32,000 bases of DNA from Synechocystis sp. PCC 6803 substr. PCC-P (lineage in GTDB: Bacteria; Cyanobacteriota; Cyanobacteriia; Cyanobacteriales; Microcystaceae), in contig NC_017039.1 in NCBI RefSeq assembly GCF_000284455.1, forward strand, positions 2,010,001-2,042,000, in the 5' to 3' direction. Below are positions 9,377 to 17,184 of the stretch, piece by piece. The notes under the pieces were generated by a model. That model was not told where the DNA came from. It did not search any database and was given only the letters and a program-made list of their open reading frames with translations. Every line of letters begins with the position of its first letter. Position 1 is the first letter of the stretch. Both the position numbers and the translations under genes were made by a program.

Positions 9377-10063
9377 TTAAACCCCTAATTGTTCTTTTAA
9401 ATCCTGTAAACGCTCTTGAGCCTCAGCAATTTGCTCATCCAGATGTTTAGCCATTTCTGTCAAAAGATCTTGACCAGACTGTCGTGCTTGCTCTACTTGC
9501 TCCATTAACTCAAAAAGCTCCGTTTGTCTTAACTCTGCCATATCTCGATGGATGGCTACTAACCGAGAACGACACTGGGCAATCTGACGAATAACCCGAA
9601 TTAACTCCGCTGCAACGCCTTCTCCTTGGACTGAATGAGGATCAGATTCCCAACTAGCTAAAATTTCCCGTAACCGTTGCTCATCGCCTTCTTCGTAGGC
9701 CTGATTTGCCGCGGCCATTAAATTTTGTCGTTTAGCCCTTTCCACCTCATCCGTTGCTAAATCTGGATGAACACGCTTTGCCACCTCTCGATATAGCTTT
9801 TTCAAACCATCCGACGGTTTAAAATTACGGGATGACTCCAAATAGTCCATGTACTCCGTAATCTGCGCTTCAATGCGTTCCAGTTCCGTATAGCGACTTC
9901 CGATCAGTCCTAAATACTGCTGTTCAAAACTATGTAACTCAGCTTGAAAAGTCGTCAATTTAAGCTCATTTTCCGCTAATTCTGACTCTAAAGTTTCAAG
10001 TTCAGCCTTTTTTGCAGTTAACTCTTCTTCTTCCGGACTTGTGTAGATGGTGAGGTCGTCCAT
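9377..10063 (-). CDS. Type III J-domain protein: central minimal J-domain flanked by coiled coils (I believe this is Sll0909 of PCC 6803)
   Basis: It has the HPD motif in LKKLYREVAKRVHPDLATDEVERAKRQNLMAAANQAYEEGDEQRL. It lacks a G/F region and a Zn finger. Both the N-terminal and C-terminal parts are heptad-rich and E/L/Q-rich. Confidence 0.8.
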   Translation of the reverse strand: MDDLTIYTSPEEEELTAKKAELETLESELAENELKLTTFQAELHSFEQQYLGLIGSRYTELERIEAQITEYMDYLESSRNFKPSDGLKKLYREVAKRVHPDLATDEVERAKRQNLMAAANQAYEEGDEQRLREILASWESDPHSVQGEGVAAELIRVIRQIAQCRSRLVAIHRDMAELRQTELFELMEQVEQARQSGQDLLTEMAKHLDEQIAEAQERLQDLKEQLGV

Positions 10064-10279
10064 TGTACTGACTGTTAACTTTAATGTTTTTATCCTAGCT
10101 TATTTATCAACTTTCATAAAGAGCTAAAATCAAAACCAGCTAGCCACTCTGGGGAATTTTGCAGAGCCGATCATCTCTAGACCTATCGTTGCGAATTTTC
10201 CTTTTGTACTGAGATTTCCCCAAAGTAAACATGGTAAGGTTTGAGACCGAGAATTTCAGCAGAGTTGACGGTCGGGTAG

Positions 10280-10972
10280 ATGCATTTACTAATTCCAGCG
10301 GCGGGTTCCGGCAAACGGATGGGGAGCGGTCACAATAAGTTACTTTTAAATGTTTTGGGGCAACCCCTGCTGAGTTGGACAGTGCAGGCGGCATTGGCAT
10401 CCCAGTCCATTGAGTGGATTGGCATCATGGGCCAACCCTACGATTTTCCAGCCTTTGAAGCTCTATTAACTCCCCTCCATAGCCCTAAACCAGTGCAGTT
10501 AATTGTGGGGGGAGATACCCGACAACAATCGGTTTTTAATGGCATCCAAGCTCTGCCCCCGGGGGCGAAATTTGTGTTAATCCACGACGGTGCCCGTTGT
10601 TTGGCTACGCCGGATTTGTTTGATCGTTGCACAGAGGCTCTCCAGCATTGCCAAGGATTAATTGCCGCCATGCCAGTGAAGGACACCATCAAAATAGTTA
10701 ACGCTGATGGTTGGATCACTGACACCCCCGATCGCCAAGGATTGTGGGGAGCCCAAACGCCCCAGGGTTTTGACGTGGCCCTGCTCAAAGCCTGCCATGA
10801 CAAAGGTAAACAGGAAGGTTGGGAAGTAACGGATGATGCGGCCCTGCTGGAAAAATGTGGGCAACCCGTGAAAATAGTGCCAGGGGAAGATACTAACTTG
10901 AAAATTACCACCCCCGTAGATTTGGCGATCGCCGAATTTATTTTGGGGCAGAGGTCGGCAAAATCCGCCTGA
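10280..10972 (+). CDS. ispD: 2-C-methyl-D-erythritol 4-phosphate cytidylyltransferase
   Basis: The N-terminus LLIPAAGSGKRMG and overall length (230 aa) fit IspD, as does the conserved VLIHDGARC motif. Confidence 0.9.
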   Translation: MHLLIPAAGSGKRMGSGHNKLLLNVLGQPLLSWTVQAALASQSIEWIGIMGQPYDFPAFEALLTPLHSPKPVQLIVGGDTRQQSVFNGIQALPPGAKFVLIHDGARCLATPDLFDRCTEALQHCQGLIAAMPVKDTIKIVNADGWITDTPDRQGLWGAQTPQGFDVALLKACHDKGKQEGWEVTDDAALLEKCGQPVKIVPGEDTNLKITTPVDLAIAEFILGQRSAKSA

Positions 10973-11055
10973 AAATAGGCAAATTTCGGGGTTCGGAAAG
11001 ATCAAGCTAGGATGGAAGGGACTTTGAGCCTAGCAATCCAAGGAGACTTTTATCC

Positions 11056-12099
11056 ATGACCGTTAGTGAGATTCATATTCCTAACTCTTTACTAGACCGG
11101 GATTGCACCACCCTTTCACGCCACGTACTCCAACAACTGAATAGCTTTGGGGCCGATGCCCAGGATTTGAGTGCCATCATGAACCGCATTGCCCTAGCGG
11201 GAAAACTGATTGCCCGTCGCCTGAGTCGAGCTGGGTTAATGGCCGATGTGTTGGGCTTCACTGGGGAAACCAACGTCCAGGGGGAATCGGTGAAAAAAAT
11301 GGACGTATTTGCCAATGATGTTTTTATTTCTGTCTTTAAGCAAAGTGGCTTGGTTTGTCGTCTGGCTTCGGAGGAGATGGAAAAACCCTACTATATTCCT
11401 GAAAATTGCCCCATTGGTCGCTATACTTTGCTGTACGACCCCATTGATGGTTCCTCCAACGTGGACATTAACCTCAACGTGGGTTCCATTTTTGCCATTC
11501 GGCAACAGGAAGGGGACGATCTAGACGGCAGTGCGTCAGATTTATTGGCTAACGGAGACAAGCAAATTGCTGCTGGTTATATCCTCTACGGCCCCTCCAC
11601 CATCCTGGTTTATTCCCTCGGCTCCGGAGTGCATAGCTTTATCCTCGATCCCAGTTTGGGGGAATTTATTTTAGCCCAGGAAAATATCCGCATTCCCAAC
11701 CACGGCCCCATTTACAGCACCAATGAAGGTAACTTTTGGCAATGGGATGAAGCCCTGAGGGATTACACCCGTTACGTCCATCGCCACGAAGGTTACACTG
11801 CCCGTTATAGCGGTGCTCTGGTGGGGGATATTCACCGGATTTTGATGCAAGGGGGAGTGTTTCTTTATCCTGGTACGGAAAAAAATCCCGACGGCAAATT
11901 GCGTTTGCTCTATGAAACTGCGCCGCTGGCCTTTTTGGTGGAACAGGCTGGGGGAAGGGCTAGTGACGGCCAAAAACGTTTACTGGACTTAATTCCTTCT
12001 AAATTACATCAGCGTACCCCCGCCATTATTGGCAGCGCAGAAGATGTGAAATTGGTGGAATCTTTCATCAGCGACCACAAACAACGGCAGGGTAATTAG
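11056..12099 (+). CDS. fbp: Fructose-1,6-bisphosphatase class I
   Basis: It has the FBPase motifs [24 protein letters not shown] and [21 protein letters not shown], and is 347 aa. Confidence 0.92.
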   Translation: MTVSEIHIPNSLLDRDCTTLSRHVLQQLNSFGADAQDLSAIMNRIALAGKLIARRLSRAGLMADVLGFTGETNVQGESVKKMDVFANDVFISVFKQSGLVCRLASEEMEKPYYIPENCPIGRYTLLYDPIDGSSNVDINLNVGSIFAIRQQEGDDLDGSASDLLANGDKQIAAGYILYGPSTILVYSLGSGVHSFILDPSLGEFILAQENIRIPNHGPIYSTNEGNFWQWDEALRDYTRYVHRHEGYTARYSGALVGDIHRILMQGGVFLYPGTEKNPDGKLRLLYETAPLAFLVEQAGGRASDGQKRLLDLIPSKLHQRTPAIIGSAEDVKLVESFISDHKQRQGN

Positions 12100-12140
12100 T
12101 TTACTTAATCACTGCAAATCGTTTGAGGTCTAGGAACGTC

Positions 12141-12255
12141 TTTTAAAAGCCCCCTAGCCCCCCAATTCTGGGGGGAATAGTGTTCAAAGTCCCCCAAATT
12201 TGCCGGAGCTTTAGTGAAGACATTTGGAGAGTGGATCATGACTTTTCAAACATAC
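12141..12255. repeat. MITE-like dispersed element, copy 2 (inverted relative to copy 1), with C5 (12150-12154), C6 (12158-12163) and G6 (12170-12175) runs
   Basis: See copy 1. It lies in the fbp-spp intergenic region and begins with TTTTAAAAGCCCCCTAGCCCCCCAATTCTGGGGGG. Confidence 0.6.
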
Positions 12256-12305
12256 TCTAACGCCGGAGATTCAACTTTGTTGGTAAATCTACATTGATCA
12301 ATCCT

Positions 12306-13040
12306 ATGCGACAGTTATTGCTAATTTCTGACCTGGACAATACCTGGGTCGGAGATCAACAAGCCCTGGAACATTTGCAAGAATATCTAGGCGATCGCCG
12401 GGGAAATTTTTATTTGGCCTATGCCACGGGGCGTTCCTACCATTCCGCGAGGGAGTTGCAAAAACAGGTGGGACTCATGGAACCGGACTATTGGCTCACC
12501 GCGGTGGGGAGTGAAATTTACCATCCAGAAGGCCTGGACCAACATTGGGCTGATTACCTCTCTGAGCATTGGCAACGGGATATCCTCCAGGCGATCGCCG
12601 ATGGTTTTGAGGCCTTAAAACCCCAATCTCCCTTGGAACAAAACCCATGGAAAATTAGCTATCATCTCGATCCCCAGGCTTGCCCCACCGTCATCGACCA
12701 ATTAACGGAGATGTTGAAGGAAACCGGCATCCCGGTGCAGGTGATTTTCAGCAGTGGCAAAGATGTGGATTTATTGCCCCAACGGAGTAACAAAGGTAAC
12801 GCCACCCAATATCTGCAACAACATTTAGCCATGGAGCCGTCTCAAACCCTGGTGTGTGGGGACTCCGGCAATGATATTGGCTTATTTGAAACTTCCGCTC
12901 GGGGTGTCATTGTCCGTAATGCCCAGCCGGAATTATTGCACTGGTATGACCAATGGGGGGATTCTCGTCATTATCGGGCCCAATCGAGCCATGCTGGCGC
13001 TATCCTAGAGGCGATCGCCCATTTCGATTTTTTGAGCTGA
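12306..13040 (+). CDS. spp: Sucrose-phosphate phosphatase (HAD superfamily)
   Basis: The sequence MRQLLLISDLDNTWVGDQQALEHL... matches my memory of the crystallised Synechocystis SPP (244 aa). It has the DxDxT HAD motif. The ATG at 12306 is preferred over the TTG at 12294. Confidence 0.93.
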   Translation: MRQLLLISDLDNTWVGDQQALEHLQEYLGDRRGNFYLAYATGRSYHSARELQKQVGLMEPDYWLTAVGSEIYHPEGLDQHWADYLSEHWQRDILQAIADGFEALKPQSPLEQNPWKISYHLDPQACPTVIDQLTEMLKETGIPVQVIFSSGKDVDLLPQRSNKGNATQYLQQHLAMEPSQTLVCGDSGNDIGLFETSARGVIVRNAQPELLHWYDQWGDSRHYRAQSSHAGAILEAIAHFDFLS

Positions 13041-13102
13041 TATTTTAGTTAACAATTCCGAATGGGCAAGCAAAGTAAGCTACAATTTGACATTGTTCAA
13101 TT

Positions 13103-13504
13103 TTGAGTACAGGGTGTAAAGCCGAGGAGGGCGTTATTGCTGAGCCACTAAACTTGACGGTCAGTTTGCGCGGGACATTAGAAGTCAAGGAAAAGTTACA
13201 AATCTTCCGTCTGACGGGTTTGTTGGACGCATTTTCCGAGCCTACCTTCCGTAAGGTAGTCAGCGATCACATCGAAGCAGGGCCTCCCCATGTGGTGCTG
13301 GACTTGTCCACCATTGATTTTATTGATAGCTCTGGCCTAGGAGCTTTGGTGCAGGTAACCAAACTTTCCCAAAACAAACAGGGAAGTGTACAGATTGTCA
13401 CCAACCCTAGGGTTACCCAAACGGTAAAACTGGTGCGTTTGGAAAAATTCCTCCATCTCCATAATTCCCTGGCTGAGGCGATCGCCGCTACCACTGAGGG
13501 GTAA
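13103..13504 (+). CDS. STAS-domain protein (anti-sigma-factor antagonist, SpoIIAA-like)
   Basis: It has the motif VVLDLSTIDFIDSSGLGALV with the phosphorylatable Ser context (DSSG). The start is uncertain: TTG 13103 in the track, and an internal TTG at about 13154 is possible. Confidence 0.75.
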   Translation: MSTGCKAEEGVIAEPLNLTVSLRGTLEVKEKLQIFRLTGLLDAFSEPTFRKVVSDHIEAGPPHVVLDLSTIDFIDSSGLGALVQVTKLSQNKQGSVQIVTNPRVTQTVKLVRLEKFLHLHNSLAEAIAATTEG

Positions 13505-13506
13505 TG

Positions 13507-13537
13507 ATGGTTGGTTGTTCACGGGTGGTCCAACCAT
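13507..13537 (+). other. 8-bp perfect stem-loop (ATGGTTGG / CCAACCAT) between the STAS gene and mrnC
   Basis: The arms are at 13507-13514 and 13530-13537 with a 15-nt loop, and a GTTTT tract follows about 15 nt downstream. It could be a weak terminator or a processing site. Confidence 0.25.
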
Positions 13538-13576
13538 GGTGGTGCTGTCCCGTTTTGACTGCAATGGGGAGGTGCC

Positions 13577-14008
13577 ATGACCCAGTTTGATGACCATCCC
13601 CTTTGGCAATCTTCCCTGAACCCCGCTGATGCCCCTGCGGTACAGTCCCTATCCCCCGTGGCCCTGGCCTATCTAGGAGATGCTGTTTTTGAACTTTATG
13701 TCCGTTGTTGTTATCTGTTTCCCCCCCGTCGCATAGGGGATTTTCACCGTCGGGTAGTGGCCCAAGTTCGAGCTGAACAACAGGCCCAAATTTTAACCAC
13801 CCTTTTACCCCAATTAACCGACCCAGAAAAGGAATGGGTGCGTCGGGGTCGTAATGCCGCCACATCTACCTCCCGGCGAGCTAATCCCGAACTGTACCAG
13901 GCCGCCAGTGGTTTAGAAACTCTTTTAGGTTATTTATACCTCAGGGATGCCCGTCGACTAGATGAACTATTAGCCTTAATTGAACTGCCCGACGCCGCCC
14001 CCCGTTAG
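13577..14008 (+). CDS. mrnC: Mini-ribonuclease 3 (Mini-III, 23S rRNA maturation)
   Basis: It has an RNase III-like signature (ALAYLGDAVFELYVR) and the motif WVRRGRNA, has no dsRBD, and is 143 aa. Confidence 0.85.
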   Translation: MTQFDDHPLWQSSLNPADAPAVQSLSPVALAYLGDAVFELYVRCCYLFPPRRIGDFHRRVVAQVRAEQQAQILTTLLPQLTDPEKEWVRRGRNAATSTSRRANPELYQAASGLETLLGYLYLRDARRLDELLALIELPDAAPR

Positions 14009-14020
14009 CCCCCGAAAGTC

Positions 14021-15175
14021 ATGACTGAAATGCCCAAGAAGAAATTTTCTCCCCGTTCTGCCCGTGGAGATAAGCCCCGCTATGGAGAGCAGAAACCCAA
14101 ACTAAAGCGCAGTGGAGATAAACCCCGCTTTAACGATGACCAGCCCCAGGGTTTTAAAGAAAAATCCGATCGCTTCCAGGATAAGCCCCGTCCCCGGACC
14201 AACGACGATAAACCCCGACGGGCTGGGGATAAGCCCAGCAACTTTAAGAGTCGTTTTAAAGATAAAGACAGGGATAAACCCCGCTACGGTGACGATAGAC
14301 CCCGGCGATCGGGCCAGAAGCCTCCCTTTGGCAAAACTTTTCCTGCTGCTCCCCCGCCGATGGACTCCGAGCAAGCCCAGGAAGCCTTGGATTTACTCTA
14401 CGGCCACCATGCTGTTCTAGCGGCCCTAGACGGCGATCGCCAATTGAACCGCATTTGGATTACTTCCCATCTCCGCCACGACATCCGCTACCGCACTAAA
14501 ATTCAAACCGCTAAGGCCAACGGCACGGTAGTGGATGAGGTCGATAATTTTCGCCTGAACCAAATCACCCACAACGCCAATCACCAAGGCATTGCCGCCC
14601 AAGTAGCCCCCTACCACTACTGGGAACTGGGGGATCTGATTGATAAAGCTAAAAGCCAAAGCACTGCTCCAGTTTTGATCATCATCGACAGCATCACCGA
14701 TCCCCATAACCTGGGGGCAATTATTCGTACCGCCGAAGCGTTTGGGGCCCAGGGCATGGTGTTACCCCAACGGCGGGTAGCCGGGATCACTTCCACAGTG
14801 ATGAAAGTGGCCGCTGGCGCCTTGGAACATTTCCCCGTGGCCCGGGTGGTAAATCTTAGCCGTGCGTTGGAAACATTGAAGGAGTCTGGCTTTTGGATCT
14901 ATGGCACCGTAGCAGGGAAACAAACTGCTCTGCATCAAGCGGATTTGCGAGAACCCATGGGGTTAGTAATTGGCTCGGAAGGAGAGGGATTGAGCTTGCT
15001 CACCCAAAAACACTGTGACCATCTAATTACCATTCCTTTAGCCGGTAAAACCCCCAGTCTGAATGCTTCTGTGGCGGCGGCCATCAGTCTTTATGAAATT
15101 TTTCGCCAACGGGGTTTTGATCGCCCCACCCTATCCCACACTGCCTCCGACTTACGAGAAGTTTCCGAGGATTAG
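14021..15175 (+). CDS. rlmB: SpoU/TrmH-family 23S rRNA 2'-O-methyltransferase (RlmB-like) with a basic repeat N-terminal extension of about 115 aa
   Basis: The C-terminal 270 aa have SpoU motifs ([54 protein letters not shown]). The gene starts 13 nt after mrnC. Confidence 0.85.
   Translation: MTEMPKKKFSPRSARGDKPRYGEQKPKLKRSGDKPRFNDDQPQGFKEKSDRFQDKPRPRTNDDKPRRAGDKPSNFKSRFKDKDRDKPRYGDDRPRRSGQKPPFGKTFPAAPPPMDSEQAQEALDLLYGHHAVLAALDGDRQLNRIWITSHLRHDIRYRTKIQTAKANGTVVDEVDNFRLNQITHNANHQGIAAQVAPYHYWELGDLIDKAKSQSTAPVLIIIDSITDPHNLGAIIRTAEAFGAQGMVLPQRRVAGITSTVMKVAAGALEHFPVARVVNLSRALETLKESGFWIYGTVAGKQTALHQADLREPMGLVIGSEGEGLSLLTQKHCDHLITIPLAGKTPSLNASVAAAISLYEIFRQRGFDRPTLSHTASDLREVSED
14069..14304 (+). 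repeat. Seven degenerate copies of GATAARCCCCG encoding the (G/D)DKPR(Y/F/R) motif inside the rlmB-like 5' extension
   Basis: The copies start at 14069, 14117, 14180, 14207, 14228, 14273 and 14294. At peptide level they read [36 protein letters not shown] and DDRPRR. Confidence 0.85.
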
Positions 15176-15305
15176 GAAAAGAAGGGACAAGGTAGCAGAT
15201 TTAATTACGATTCTGCCGGCAATGTAACAAAATATTGCGGATTGGAAAGTTAAAATGACAGCAAACAAATCCCATTACCTTGTCTCTATCCCTACCCAAA
15301 GTCCT

Positions 15306-15566
15306 ATGAAAGAACTGTGGATCCGTGTTTTATCCTTGCTGGGCATGGCTCACTGGGTTGTAATTAGCACCGGCGCTCCTCGCTGTACCTATTATTTTGG
15401 CCCCTTTGCCCGCCGTAGTAGTGCGGAAAAAGCCCAGCTAGGCTACCTGGAGGATTTGCGGGGAGAAGGAGCCCAGGATATTCAGGTAACCGTCAAGCAA
15501 TGTAAGCCCGCCCGCTTGACCATTTTTGATGAGGCAGAGGAGTTAATGCCTATCCTTTCTCCCTAG
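15306..15566 (+). CDS. Small conserved cyanobacterial protein, DUF1816-like
   Basis: The pattern WVVISTGAPRCTYYFGPF...A...GYLEDLRGEGAQDI matches my memory of DUF1816. The ATG at 15306 is preferred over 15255. Confidence 0.55.
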   Translation: MKELWIRVLSLLGMAHWVVISTGAPRCTYYFGPFARRSSAEKAQLGYLEDLRGEGAQDIQVTVKQCKPARLTIFDEAEELMPILSP

Positions 15567-15702
15567 TACTGAAAGCGTTACCTTTTTACCACGCTCAGTT
15601 TTCCCAGTCTGGCCCAATTCCTGGCGATCGCCGTTGGGCCTGGGTGTGGCTTTGATGGAGAATAATGGGAAGACTGTCCATTGATTTTTGCCTTCCCTGC
15701 CC

Positions 15703-17154
15703 ATGACCCTGCGCCTGTACGATTCCCTCACCCGAGCCAAACAACCCCTGCAACCTCTCCACCCTGGCCTGGTGACAATGTACTGTTGCGGCATCACCGT
15801 CTATGACTATTGCCACCTAGGCCACGCCCGTACCTGCATTACCTGGGATTTGGTGCGTCGTTACCTGCAATGGTCGGGTTATGAGGTGCGCTATGTGCAA
15901 AATTTCACTGATATTGACGACAAAATCCTCAAACGGGCAGTGGACGAAAGCTCCACCATGGAGGCGGTGTCAGAAAAATTTATCGCCGCCTATTTTGAAG
16001 ATATGGAAGCGTTGGGAGTGCAACCAGCGGATCTTTACCCCAGGGCTACCCACACCCTAGATGGCATTAAAAGGTTAATTGCGGAGTTGGAAGCTAAGGG
16101 CTACGCCTATCCCAGCGGTGGAGATGTCTATTACTCAGTGCGTAATTTTGACGGCTACGGCAAGCTCTCTGGACGCAGGCTAGAGGATTTGCAGGCGGGG
16201 GCCAGCGGCCGGGTGACAGTGGCCGATCCCGATGGAGCCCAAAAACAGGACCCGTTTGATTTCGCCTTATGGAAAAGCGCTAAACCGGGGGAACCGGCCT
16301 GGGAATCTCCTTGGGGTAAGGGGCGGCCGGGCTGGCACATTGAATGTTCCGCCATGGTGAGGGAATTTTTAGGGGAAACTATTGATCTACATGTGGGGGG
16401 CAATGATTTAATTTTTCCCCACCACGAAAATGAAATTGCCCAATCGGAGGCGGTGACGGGTCAACCCCTGGCCCAGTATTGGCTCCATAACGGCATGGTG
16501 AAGGTAGATGGAGAAAAAATGTCCAAATCCCTGGGGAACTTCACCACCATTCGGGCTTTGCTAAAAACCGTTGACCCCATGGCAATCAGACTTTTGGTTC
16601 TCCAAGGTCATTACCGTAAACCGCTAGATTTCACCGAGACGGCGATCGCCGCCGCCACTAATGGTTGGCACACGCTAAGGGAAGGTTTGCAATTTGGCTA
16701 TGACTACGGTGGAGATTTTGGCTGGGAGTTGGCATTTACCCCCCTAGGCCCCGACGCGAACCAATGGACGGTGGCATTCCAGGAGGCGGTGGACGATGAC
16801 TTTAATTTTGCCGGTGGTTTGGCCGTAATGTTTGAATTGGCCAAGCATCTACGGTCTGAGGGCAATAAATTAAAATTTGAGGGGTCCACCCCCGCCGATC
16901 TGGATTTGTTGCAAACCCAATGGATTACTTTGGTCAGTCTGGCAGAGATTCTGGGTTTAAGTATTAATCCCGAGTCCCAATCTAGCAACGATAATGGTTT
17001 GACTGATGGGGATATTGAACAACTGGTGGCCCAACGCACCCAAGCCCGAAAAGATAAAAACTGGGCCGAAGGCGATCGCCTCAGGGATGTGCTGCAGGAA
17101 GCGGGGATCACATTGGTGGATAAACCCGGTGGGCTAACGGAATGGTTCCGCTAG
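15703..17154 (+). CDS. cysS: Cysteinyl-tRNA synthetase
   Basis: It has the class I HIGH motif (CGITVYDYCHLGHAR) and KMSKS (GEKMSKSLGN). The ATG at 15703 (MTLRLYDSLT) is preferred over the TTG at 15688. Confidence 0.95.
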   Translation: MTLRLYDSLTRAKQPLQPLHPGLVTMYCCGITVYDYCHLGHARTCITWDLVRRYLQWSGYEVRYVQNFTDIDDKILKRAVDESSTMEAVSEKFIAAYFEDMEALGVQPADLYPRATHTLDGIKRLIAELEAKGYAYPSGGDVYYSVRNFDGYGKLSGRRLEDLQAGASGRVTVADPDGAQKQDPFDFALWKSAKPGEPAWESPWGKGRPGWHIECSAMVREFLGETIDLHVGGNDLIFPHHENEIAQSEAVTGQPLAQYWLHNGMVKVDGEKMSKSLGNFTTIRALLKTVDPMAIRLLVLQGHYRKPLDFTETAIAAATNGWHTLREGLQFGYDYGGDFGWELAFTPLGPDANQWTVAFQEAVDDDFNFAGGLAVMFELAKHLRSEGNKLKFEGSTPADLDLLQTQWITLVSLAEILGLSINPESQSSNDNGLTDGDIEQLVAQRTQARKDKNWAEGDRLRDVLQEAGITLVDKPGGLTEWFR

Positions 17155-17184
17155 TCCAACTTTGTGGGATAATTTAGTTTATTG

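Noticed and set aside
10438-11005. Two long antisense ORFs (157 aa and 115 aa) inside ispD
   Set aside because: They are fully contained in a strongly supported conserved gene on the other strand. Their S/P/W/C/R-rich composition is typical of antisense frames, and they have no motif or plausible start context.
13081-13094. TACAAT immediately followed by TTGACA upstream of the STAS gene (possible promoter or HLR1-like pair)
   Set aside because: The order and spacing are wrong for one sigma-70 promoter, because the -10-like box precedes the -35-like box. No suitable partner hexamer lies 17 nt away. The repeat period is 8, not 10, so it is not HLR1. A lone TACAAT -10 cannot be confirmed without TSS data.
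13267-13865. Overlapping minus-strand ORFs (75, 90 and 125 aa) across the STAS gene and mrnC
   Set aside because: They are antisense to two genes with clear family signatures. They overlap each other, have G/P/H-rich low-complexity composition, and I recognise no family for them.
16704-17111. A 135-aa minus-strand ORF inside cysS, and similar antisense ORFs at 16155-16403, 18546-18881, 26465-26884 and 25973-26332
   Set aside because: All are embedded in well-supported genes on the opposite strand or in another frame. Their S/R/P/A-rich composition is consistent with chance open frames.
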